Positions 27,381 through 40,500 of a DNA stretch of 64,000 bases are shown piece by piece (position 1 is the stretch's first letter; each line of letters begins with the position of its first letter). The notes beneath the pieces were generated by a model that was not told the DNA's origin, made no database searches, and was given only the letters and a program-made list of their open reading frames with translations. Made by a program: the position numbers and the translations under genes. Source of the DNA: Tubiluchus corallicola (Eukaryota; Animalia; Priapulida); contig JAQGDQ010000067.1 in the NCBI GenBank assembly GCA_030141605.1, positions 310,001 through 374,000 on the forward strand, given 5' to 3'.

Positions 27381-30300
27381 ATTTTTACAAATATACACTT
27401 TTTAATAGGTAGCAAATTTAGTCAAATGAACTAATATTAATGATACTTTATGACCGGGTAAAATAAAGTACTAATATTTACATTATATACACACTAGGAC
27501 TCTATATACAAGACGAAATCAGTAGTGACTTTACACTGTTGCAAGATAATCTATTGATATAGCTAACTGACTATTGTCAAGCCCAGCCTCAAGTACTGCA
27601 CCCATTGCTAACAGTGATTCCTTAGTAATATTTCCATTAATAATGGTTTCTCTGTTTGAAATGTTAATATATCATTTCATAAAATCATTTACTTTTAATT
27701 TACGTGACCGGAAAGCAGCACTATTACTAAACCCTTGTGAACTGCTTAGATATTTAAGTTAAACCCAGTTGTGTTTCTGGCATCATTACTAACGACTTTG
27801 CAAAGATACTGTACTGATACGTTCGATGACATAAGACATTGCCTATAAAGTTTACAACTCAAACAGATACATGCCACAACAGAAAGCTTAAATCAGTAAT
27901 CACTGGTAATAAAGTTTACAATTCAAACAGATACATGCCACAACAGAAAGTTTAAATCAATAATTACTGATAATAAATTACTATGTGTGTGCCACGGTAA
28001 AGAAAAAAATTCCTAATTCCAATATTCCAAGCAGTATTTAATCGATCTAGACTCTTTATATCTAATTGCCAAGATTCTGTTAAACTGACTTATTAGTTCA
28101 CCTCATTTTTTTAAGACATCCTTATCATCTCTTAAGTCGAATGTAATAATATTGCCTAAGTGGATGACCTGGGCCACCCAAATTAAAGAAATATTCTGTT
28201 GACAAATATTGAGCAGAGCTGTTGAAAAGCTCTCATTCTTACTGAATTTAAATACACCTATTTTTTATTTTGGCTCCACTGATATTTACAAAATTTACTT
28301 CATATTCTTCGCCATATTTTTTACATATCTTGAGCTTCACTTGTAATGTTCTGCACGAAGGAGATAGTAAACTTAGATTGTCTTCTTTTAAATGCACCAC
28401 AGTAAACTCCAGCAATATTTCAGCCATAACCTGATATTTGCAACTACTTTAATAGTCCACCAAATACTGTTGACGACATAACTGCACCCTGCATGGCACC
28501 ATTTTCTATTGTGATGTTATTAGATCTATGCCCATTCCAGGTGATAAATACATTTTTTTTATATATACGCATTTAGCAAAAATAACAATATTAGCAATGG
28601 AAATTTTCTATCTTTTAAAATTGCAAACAACTTCATAAATCTTACTCTATCAAATGCTTGACTTTCATCAAGTAATACACAATAGGTATCAGTTCCTTTC
28701 TTTAGGTACTATTTTCAGAATCTTTCAGAACAAGACTGCTTATTGTAGTTGACATTTTAAGCTTAAATCTGAATTGTAATTCTGAAGAAACAAGTTTGTT
28801 AGAGTGTTTTATAAGTATAATCCAATCTAATAATTTTCCAACTGACGAAGCCAAAGCAATACCTCTATAGTTCGAACTATTCGTAAAATTACCATTTTCA
28901 TCTTTAGCTATTGGCTGAACCACAGAGGTTTTTAAGTACATTGGGCAGTAAGCATGACTTAACATCATGTTAAACAGCATACAAAGATATACTAATATTT
29001 CATTGGGTGCATAAAGTATGTGATTTGATATGAGCCCTAGAGATCCATCATTTTTTCTATGTTTGATTCTGCATTTTGCATTTACAATGTCTTGAATAGT
29101 AATAGTTGTGTAGTCAGCAGTCTTCAAATCTATTCTTTATTTTTCAAATCTTTTGCAAATTCATTTATCTCACTGCTGTCATAATGCATAAAGATCTTCA
29201 AATTTTTGAGCAAAATGTTCTGCTACATCTTTTGAATCTGACATTCCATTAACGCATGACACTATGGATGATTTTGAATCCCTATTTTTTCTTAGTTCAC
29301 TAAAGAGATCTCCTTATCTGTTTTTAAACATTGTTTTTACCATCTTTTCATTGTTCAATTTAGTTTGGTGTTTCATGGTTTTACATATAACATAATGGTA
29401 TTTTCCTGTCGCATTTCTCATTTCATCAGTGATAACACCCTGTCGCAGTGATTTGTGATTAGCCTCTTCACACTCATCATTCCACTCAAAAATTACTTTG
29501 TTTTTGTACTTTATTTGTGTATGAGGTATGCTGTCTCTAGCTGCCTCAGTACTAGCTTCAACAATTTTGCTGCAATAGACTTTCAATCTGTAAATCATGA
29601 ATTCTGCAATTAACATTTTTACACGTTCGAATTTCATTGCGAACATCTATCAAATTCAACTTTGGGATACTATTTGTCTGTATCTGTTTAGATCCATCTG
29701 AGAACCTCTGTACCATGATGGTTTGCTCTCATATGAGCAAGGAATGCATTGGGATCTCGTTACTTTCATTTAGATCAACAAATATTGGACTGTTATCTGA
29801 TGAGTTTATGCTGCTGTGGTCAACTGATAAACTAGTTAAAATTTCCTCGTATACACTTTGTGATACAAAAAAATGGTCAGTCAGTGACTTTGCTAAACTG
29901 CCATAATTAACACACGAGAAATCAATGCTATACTGCTCATGATTATCACATCTTACTAAGGAATGATCGTTAATAAATGTAAGTGAGGTGTTACTTGGCA
30001 GGTTACCACAAGAGAAATCTGTGTTCCAATCCCCTCCACGAATTACAAGATCTGGATCTGCCTTATTATAATTTCACATATTGTTGTTTAAGGGATAATT
30101 AAAAGATTCCACATCACGACCTGTTGTTTGTACCTAAGTCACAAGGCATGTAACAGTTTACTATAAGAAAGTGACTATCTCCTACGTTTAACATTATAGT
30201 GCAAGAGCTTACTGTCATAATTAATCACAGTAAAATATCTATCCAAGCTAGATTTGTATAAAATTGCTCACCAACCCATATGGACATTCTTTCAGGACAT

Positions 30301-31447
30301 CACTATTTGAGTTTATACCACTTACTTCATGAAAATTAAAGCTGTCATCAAATTGCAATTGACATAAGTGGTCCTAGAACAACCAGTGTTCTTGTATCAG
30401 TAAAACATCATATTTTCTTGAGCACATTATCTTGAATGTACCTTTTCCGCTGCTGGTTAAGCTTGAAAAACCTCTTACATACAACATTCTCAGGCTAAAA
30501 ATTTCCATTTAAGACTTTGTCTAAGTCATGACTTCCAATTTTCACTCTAAAAGAACAATTTCACGCTTCTTTGTGTGGCAGTTTCCAGTCTAAACACAAA
30601 CACAGACCCAGGGTCCAGAGCTTTCAGGGCATCTAATATAGCCACTAAATCTGCCTCTTGCACTGATCTAGTTGTTGACGTATGCTTTGTCTGTTTTTCT
30701 AGACCAACATATAACCCACATTGCTCCCACAGAAAATTCTTTGCTTTGTGAATCTCCTCAGGAATATAATAGCTTAGTATCTATAGCTTCTGTAGTACTG
30801 CTCATCATATTGTAATCACAGTATGAAAGCAGTTCATTCAAGACAGTTGTGCCCTCCTGGTCCCATGCAATGTACTTGTCTCTTTTGTCATCTGTAATCA
30901 CCTATCGACTGGTTCCACTAGTTGCAACACTTTTTCAACAATACAAAATATTTTACAAATTGCTTTCCATTTTACGAAAAAAAATGTTATACTTTTAGTC
31001 TTGAAGGTAACAGTATTTTAAATAGGCCAGTCGTTTTGCTCAGACCGTGAGTTTTCTGTCACTGTAAAAATGTTTTACTCAGCCTCCTATTGCACCACCA
31101 AAAAATCAGTAAAACAGGAGCATGAATCAGACACGTCTTACAACCGCTCTACTGCTACCACAGTATTGATTGTTTATATGCGTCAGGATATGCAATAACA
31201 CATAACCCATTCCTGATATCTGGTAAGTGCCGCTTTCTGTTGCTAAGCAGACACCTGTAACCATTCAGCTAGTCTCCACACTCTTAGTAAAATTTGTTCT
31301 TGCAGAAATGCAAAAGTTTGTTGGTTCCTTATTTTTCTCTTGGGACATTGAAATGTATGACATGGTCTCAGACATACCTGCAAAAGTGAATACATCTGAT
31401 CTGAATGAGGAGCTGGGTCAGGTATTGTATTGCGTATTATTCCTATC

Positions 31448-31501
<54 letters not shown>

Positions 31502-34500
31502 TAACAGATTTTTGAATGGAGAATGCATTTTTAGTTTTGAATCAAATACAAATGGCATCTACCATTTCTTGTGGCAGAGAGTTCCAAATTTCAAAAACTC
31601 TATTCGAAAAGAAAAGTTTAAATACATTCCAAAAACTCTATTCGAAAAGAAAAATTTAAATACATTCAACCTGCAATAATTTTTATATCAAAAAGATTTG
31701 GTGACTTTAATAAATAAGATGATTTAAGTGTAAACCTGATGAGTTGTTTGAAATACACTTTTGGTTACCTAGCCTAGTTATAAACTGGTACCCTAAACAT
31801 GTGACTTGGTAATAATGACTCAGTATTAAGTTTAATATAATTGTAGCATTTGTATTAAGTCTAACTTACAGGCTTATCACAAAAACTTTAAATGCTTATG
31901 TCTTAAACAAATTTTTACAAAGCTAATCAAACATGCATGAGTCAGATGGACTATTTTCGTCTCATACTTGATGTATTCGGCCGGTGTTGATTAGGTATAT
32001 AAAAATAATGCTTTAGATGGTATAATAGTGAATTGTGAAATTTGAAGAAGTTAACATTTTTGTGCATAGTGAATACAGAGTGTAAATACTGAGAGAGTGT
32101 ATGGCTCTTGGGACATCATCAGAAAATATTCTTAAGAAAATTGAATAGTAAAGAAACTAAAATCAGATGTGTTAGTATTAAGACTTAAACCAATTTACAC
32201 AATTTTTAACTTGAGAATGTTATGTTGTTATCAGTTTGATACACTTTTTTCTGAATTTAGGTAGAGTACTTATTCACTGATAAGACTGGAACCCTTACAG
32301 AAAATGACATGGTTTTCCGACAGTGCACAATAAATGGTAAAAAATATGCTGAAGTCGGTAGTATGTTATGTGAAGTGACAGATACGAAACAAGACATCAG
32401 TCCTTTGCCTTTGCGTTATTATACAGTACGTAAATTCCAAACTGTTGTATAACTAGATTTGTTAATACAGTTTGCACATGAAAAATGGCTACGAGAGCAT
32501 TTTAGGAGGCACCCACAAGTTTGCTTACCTGATCTTGATAATGTTGTGTAAAACTTCTTGCATTTTATACAGAAGCATTTGCTCCGTATAAGCAAGAAAA
32601 TGATACTTGTAGTGGAAAGCAGTTTTACTGATATAAATGATTGTAAAGTATTATTTTGATGTTTGTAATATTGTAATATACATTGTAATAACACTTAAAT
32701 AATTGCAATGCTTTCAATGAAACAATATATATTTCATCACTTTTGCTTTTCAGTGTTTCACTTGGTAGGAAGTTTTTATCTTTTTCATTTTGTATTACTG
32801 GTGCCATTTTGTGTCAAATCTGTCTAATTAATTATGGGGGTTTCTCGATATATAGATATAAATACCTGTATGTATGACCATCAGTGATTGTGTGTGTATA
32901 TATATATATATATATATAATATATATAAGATTCAAGGCAACAGCTTCAAAGACGGCACCATTTTCGCATTTCACATATCAAACAAAAGGTCTCGATCTAG
33001 CGTATCTTAGTGATGGTTTATTTCTCGAATCAGGGCCATCCGAAGAAATCTGGAGGACTCCCGCAAGAATGACCTTTTTTACCCGTTTTTAGCAAAGCTT
33101 ATGCCTCATTTCTGGAGATTCAGAACCTGCCATGGACAGTGCCCATAATGGTTAAATAACCCATTTAAAGGAGGGTATAGTAGGCATACTTGAATTCATG
33201 GAAGGCCACATTTTACCGCAACGGGAATTTTCTCAGATGCAACTACCTGATTTTTTTGTAATTTTGTTCGAACGCCGTGTAGAAAAAATGCTCTAGCTGA
33301 ACCTGGTTGGATTCTTGGAAGGAGATACGTAGCTCTTTGGAAAGATGAAGATCAGGTCTACACGATGATGTTGGTCACATTTTAGGATGCCTCCACAAGT
33401 ATTAACTGCTTGTAATTGATCAGAGGTTCCAGTTCAGGTGATTCTCACATGGAAAACTGCTGGTACAAAGCCATTGTTCTTGTAACACGGTAGCTTAAAA
33501 ATACCCTCTGGTTTAGTTTAAGTAGATTTATTTTAATAGACAGTTATAAATGTATACAGTCGTTGCATGATACATTAGACAACACGAAGAATTCTACTGC
33601 TGCTCACTATTACAAAATTTGGAAAATCTTCACGTCAGATAACAGTTCTCACGTCATCCCATTCTCTACCTATAACTTTGCTTCAGCAAAAGCTGCTGTC
33701 TTTGCGTTAAATAATTGCGATAATGTGTAACAGCCAATTAAAGCACAAGAACAGCAAATGGACACTATGTAGGATGTTCACGCATTATGGGTTATATAAG
33801 TGTATTTATAAGCAAAATCTTTTGTGAGGCCTTGGCTAGTTATTTATTTTTTCTTCTAGGCAGAAATAAAAAGTTTCATGGAAGTTCTAGTCGTATGTCA
33901 TACAATACATGTACACAAGCAAGATCAAGGGAACAAGCACAAAGTGTTAGAATATCAAGCTTCTTCACCTGATGAAAAAGCATTGGCTGAAGCTTGTAGA
34001 CGGTAAGCCTGTATTTGAACAGAAATAACGATTGCTTTCTCTTGTTAATTGTAATTTTTCAATGTTGTCTCACTTCTTAGTACAAGGTCTATTTTATATT
34101 TAAAACAGACTTAGACTTGTTATTCCAGTATAAGAGCAAAACTGAATAATACGTACATACAGAGCAAACTTCTTTACTTCATAACGAAATACGTGCTGAC
34201 TGAAACTGTCTAAATAAAATAGGAATGACAACCAAGTTTCCAACGTATACACTTGTTGAAGGACAAGTGTGTGGCTTTCCCATCCCGCAGTGCTTACAGT
34301 ACCTATTCATAATACTATCTAAACATTTATCTGTAATAGACAGTCAATCAAAATTCAAACATGTGAAACTCAAACTGAATTATATTACACCTTATATTAA
34401 TCTTGCTGCAAGTGGTATATTAACACCTGTTCATAACATTGTTATAGGTTTGGTATAACTTTTCTGGGCACAAAAGGCAATAGGAGTGACATATTAATGA

Positions 34501-37500
34501 AGGATGAAGTTTTTTCATATGAGATTTTACATGTTTTGGACTTTGATGCAACTAGAAAATGCATGAGCATAATAGTAAAGACTCCTCAAGGTGGGTAGTG
34601 TAATAACTGCTGTAAAGTACTATGAGAACATTCAATTCGTATTAGTACAAAATAGGCTTAACTGAAATAATTTAGTTATTCAAATGTCTTTTGTTGCAGC
34701 AGCAGTTACTTATGACTTTATATATTAAGATTTTTATCTATTTTTAATACAGGTGAAATTTACCTGCTGTGCAAAGGAGCAGAATCAACACTTTTGTCGT
34801 TAGTTACTAGTGGCCCAAAAGAAAAAACTTTAGAGCATGTTAATGATTTTGCAGTGGTAAGTACCTTATCTTGCACACAACCATTAATGCACACAGCAAC
34901 ACTTCAAAAAATATAAACTATTGCTGCTAAAATCGAAAAAGTGCAAGCTAAATTTTTGGCTAATCTGGCTTCAAAAGCCTTGATTGCGAAGTGATATTTT
35001 TGCAACGCACCTTTCCAAGAAAATTGCATGAGTTTACTAATGACGCATTTGTAACGTAATTGATTATTGGCTGAGCAATTAAAATTATGTAATTGCAAAC
35101 AAAACTGATGGTGTGGGTCAAAAGAGCACTGTCTCTATGTGAAACAAGGACAGTTTGCATTTGCATTTGATCTTGATATTTAATCACCCAACTACTCTCA
35201 TTGAATACATGCCTAGTGATAAGAAGTGACAAAACTAAGCAGTGCGTTTCATTTTCTGATTAATATGCTGATTCAGGTAACTTTATGCATCATCCAGTGT
35301 TTTATACTTCTACTGAATGCCTACCAATTATGAAAGCCAAATCATGCTGCCTATAGCCAGCAGCAAATTAAATACTAGTGTAAATTATGCACCTAGAAAT
35401 TATTGTGTCTGGATTTCCAGCAAGCATTAAGTTTATGGTTTATAATAATCTTCAGTGATGGTAGTGACAATGATAAAAGTAAAAATCAATGCTGTTTACT
35501 TATTTGCAGTGAGGCTTTCAAACATATGCTCTTTTTTACACAATGAGATTCCTTTCTAGCAGTATGAAGCTGCTTGGCTTGGTTTTTTAATAATAAAAGT
35601 GATTCTAAATTTCCAGTACATAAATGTATTTCTTTGTTAGGATGTCAAAAATGACTTCGTTTGTTGTACTGATTTAGTGCAAAAATTCGACCTTTCTCAG
35701 CAATATCAATTTGTCTATCTGTCTATATGTTTAATGGATGCAATCTCAATGACTAACTTAATTTTATTTTGCTGTTGTTGTCCTGTCTTTAAAGCTACTG
35801 TCCATTACTTCAGGCTGGGCTCCGAACTCTAGTAATGGCAAACAAGAAATTAAATGAGGAACAGTACAGCATTTATGACGGCTTATTAAACAAAGCTAGA
35901 AGTTCTTTACATAATCGGGAAGAAAAGGTTTGTTCTATTAATCAATGCTGTCTTGAAGTTAGTAATTCAATACGAGCATTTTACGTGTGCCTGTTCTTCT
36001 GTTAACATTCCATTTATAAATAATTGTAAACAATATATATATCTATATTTATATTAATATTATGTTTATATTATATATAATATCATATTTATGTTATATA
36101 TATTATCGTTATTCAAACTTTAGTTTGTACACTTAGTTACTTAATAATACTTTCTTAATAACTTTAGGCTGGCATGATATTGTATTAAAATGTTTTACTT
36201 AGCAAGAATATCATTGATGTGAAAAAATTCTTTGGAATATCAGCTAAATGAACTATTTAATAATTGCATCATGATTGCATTTATCAAAGATATTTGAATT
36301 TTAATAATATCTAACATATATTACTTATGCTTCTATGTGGCTGTACAAGATTGGAGGCTACAGCTTCAACTACAGCACCATTTTGGGAATCTGTATATCA
36401 AATGACAGTCTGTCGGTCTCGTGTCTTCTCATTGATGCAAATCGGTGCTACAGTGAGAAACGAAGGGTGAAAAACTTCTAAAAATGGCCATTTTTCGCCC
36501 GTTTTTTTTAACTCCCACTCCTTATTTTGAAAGATCCGGAATGTGCCTGAGGTGTGGTGCCTATAATGGTTGGATAGCCCATGCAACGTTGAGTGCAGTA
36601 GGGCTATTTAGATTTCGCAAAAGCACCACATTTTTCCGGACCTAGCATCCGGATTTTTTTTTACATTTTCACTGAACACTATGCAAAAAAATGTCCTAGT
36701 GGTCTTTGGTGGGAGTCTTGAAAGGAAATATGCAGCTCAATGCAAGGAAGAGGAACTGGGCTATACGATATTGTGGGTTTCTTTATCGACCTCTTCTACC
36801 ATACCCCAAAAGAACAGAATAATTCCAAGTTTTTTTGTGATTCTGTCTCTGGGAAAGTATAGGCACAAACCCATTGTTAGTGACATCTTTCATGATATTC
36901 TGCGTACAGACTTCACTTCATTAGCTGCCGACAGTTGAACTTGTATCTGTTGAGAATTAGCAGCCTACATTCAGTACTGTCATTACGGAAACAGTAAGCA
37001 AAGACCGTATAGAATGTTTGCGCATTATTGATCATTGATTGATGGTCTAATAGCATTTTTCATCGCAAACTGCACAAGAAGTTTTTGCATTGTTTCACTA
37101 GGCTGTTGTTTCTGTTTTTTGTCGTCATTATTGTAACTATCTCGCCCCATCGGTGGCTGTAGCAACAGCATGGTGTGGCACGGATGATGTAGCATGGTAA
37201 GGCATGCGCATGTCGTGTGGTGCAGCTTGTAAGGTGTGGTGTGTTGTGGTGCGAGTGATGTGATGTAGTGGTGCTTCTTTTGCTGTATTTGCCTAATTAA
37301 TTATTATAGTTTTAAATGTTTTCAGTATTTACATGTTTTTTGTGTAGATAGCTGAAGTGTATAGTGTGATTGAAAGAGATCTACATTTGTTGGGTGCAAG
37401 TGCGGTAGAAGACAGACTCCAGGATGGTGTACAAGAGACAATAGAAGCGCTTAGAGCCGCTGGAATCAAGGTAAAATACTTTTCTGTACTCTTAGACTTT

Positions 37501-40500
37501 TTAGATTACTGAGCAGCAATATAATGAAAAAAGAAGTCAATGAACAGAAAAACAAAACTGCAAGAGGCATTATTGAATAAATAATGGAAGCGTATTTAAT
37601 TTTGATAGTATCTAATTTCATGCAAATACTTTTGATCTGGCTAAGTTTTTGAGAGTTACTTTCCTTAGAGCAGGAGAATAAAAGCTTGAGCATAAAACTA
37701 TTTTTCCATACTCTGTTTTTTTGTAAGAACAGTGTAAAAACTGTACTTGTAGTAAGCTTGTTAGTTTCTGGTTTTCTACCAGGAATGAGAAGAATAATTT
37801 ACAAATTTGCAGTTTGCTAGAAATCCACATTTTTCTGTTAACAGCTATCTGCAACAGCAGCACATCTAAATATTTCAAATCTGTGATCCATTTCTGATCT
37901 GCAAACCTGTTCATAAGACTAATTTTAATTAAAATTTAATTTAAGAGCATGGAATTGAATTCTTTTAGCAAATCCTGTGCAACGAGAACTTACATTTTGA
38001 AAAACGTGCCATTATCGAATGTTAGGTAATACCCTCATGTCAAAATAAAAAACTGGTTTATTTGCAAAATACAGAGCTCACTTCCTGTGTTGCGCATAGC
38101 TTCTTACAATGTGCAATATACAGCTTCCCACGATGCACTGTCTAATCCAATGCGCAAAAAATGTTGTGTGTCTTCATCCAGTCCAGTCGTGGGACTGTTG
38201 TCCGCTCATCCCTGTATCCTCCCAAATTATAGGTTCAATACTTAGTGAACACAAGCTATACCACACAAGCTATACAAGTGAACAGGGGTTTGTTAACAAA
38301 CCAACACATAAACAGATTAACCTGTTTTTGCAAAACATTTTTTCTGAATAGGGCAAAATTCCAACAATATATGAAGAACTGAAAGACTTGGATAATATTT
38401 CATTTTCAAATCATCTAGTACTTGCTATATTTTAAATATAAAGCTGTAATATTAGCTGCCTCCTCCTAAAATACTAAACAAAGTGAAAGTTTCTATCTTC
38501 ATGTCACATGGAATTTGCTACTTAGCTAAATATCACATGCAGAGAAAGCTTACTGACTTTTTATGGGAAGGTTATGTAAGACTTTAATGTCACGTAAAGG
38601 AGCATACATGCCTCCCTATTCAACCATTTGAACTTTGCTCTGTAATGTGTAAACTTACATACGGGATTCAATTTATCACACTTTTAAATTGTACTGATTA
38701 GAGCAGAATTAAATCACAATGAAATTTACTACATTGCATTTATAGGAAATCATTTCTGTTTGTAAATTTACGATATGTAGTACTTTGAATGAATTTTTCG
38801 TGTTTTTTCTGTGTTGTGTTTTCTCTTTATCTCTGTAAATAGTGTGTGTTTAGTTTTATTATAAAAAAAGAGTTAGTTATGTGAATTTATCCACAGTCTA
38901 TTGATAGTTGTAATGTACTATTTTCTCCTCAGTTTCACTGAGCTTTCTTCACCTGAAAAGTTGTGTAGTGGCACTCCCGCAGATAGAGGTACATCACCCC
39001 TTTAGACAGTCTGTTCCCATTCAGCTTTAATGGGATCTAATGGGATGAACCTGAACTGGTTTTGCTACATTAAGGTGTTTTTTAAATGGATCAATGCTTA
39101 ATTTTTGCCTCAGTTATATCACGCGAGAGCTTGTTCCAAGGATCTAGTGTTAAGAATGAATATATGTAACATCGTTTTGTCCAACTGCTCTGAATACAAC
39201 ATTCAAGTTTGCATAAGCGTACTGTAGTATGTTATTGTTTGTTTCAGTCGATATCTTGTAATGTAATCATCCATGTAGGTTTTGTCAATACAGTGTAGAA
39301 TCATATATGTTTATGGTCATGCCATATCTTAGATGTACTTAGACCGAGTTGTTAGACTGAATTGTTATATGCAAATTTAGAATCTGCGATTTTCTTTAAA
39401 CTTTGTTACTCTAATTATTTAAGTTAACTCTATTTTATTTCATAGATCCAGGAAAGAAAAGTCGCTAATGTGTCTGTAATTACTGTAATAGCTGTCTGTT
39501 TTCAGCCTTCACAATAACAAGATTTGCCATTTTACAGCCATCAGCCATCTTGTTACATGACATTTATTGCTGGTAGTAAATACGAAAATTGTTTATTTTT
39601 GATCCTAGTGCGCCTATTTTTGGTGTGTAAATTTAAGGATTTTTTTGTAATGAATGACATATTACTAACTCATAACACTCATACCAATGACAAACCAATA
39701 AAATGGAATCTTGTGATTATCAGTCACAACTTACTATTGAACACCATGATTATCATCGGATACTGCCAAACATGCAGATCATATAATTAAACTGGCACTT
39801 GCTAGTATGTTTTGAATCAATTTGCATTTATTTATTTGGATTGTTCTTGAAGTCGTGTTACTGTTTGCTCGAAGCGTTTCTTAAACTCTCCACTCTGGAA
39901 CTGTGGTTTACCTTCCGCTAGTGTTTTTGCACAGCATTCTTTCAGGAATGGCATTGCTGTTTTCACATTGTTGAGGTATGCTTCAATCTTGGGAACTGTG
40001 GAAAAATCCCAGTCAAACAGGTTGAGTTCATCAATAGTTGATGTTAAGGATATGTCGGCTATTGTAATGTTGTTGCCTGTTACGTACTTCTTTTCCCCAA
40101 TCATGCTTTCTAAAATTTTCAAAGCATCACTAATGGCCTTTTCTAGTTTAGCATTTTCTTGCCTTTTACCTTGGATGAACACCTGATCAACCTGAAAACA
40201 TAGCAGATAGTAAGAACTTAGATGGACTTAGATACACTAAGAGTTCGTTATTAAACATGTTTAGTTTGCTATAAAAATGGAGGAATAATCATGTTCAGGG
40301 CACATGGTGGAAAATATAATTAGCCCTTTTAGGCCACAAACTTTCCACTTGATAAAAATGTTTCATTTGCCACAAAAAATGATGATATCATCATATTCAG
40401 TACAACTTACAACAATAATTATGGATTTTATCATGGGCGCTGCCAGCATTTGAAAAATTTGATGCACAAGCATCTAGGGGGTCTATACATTGCATTCTAT

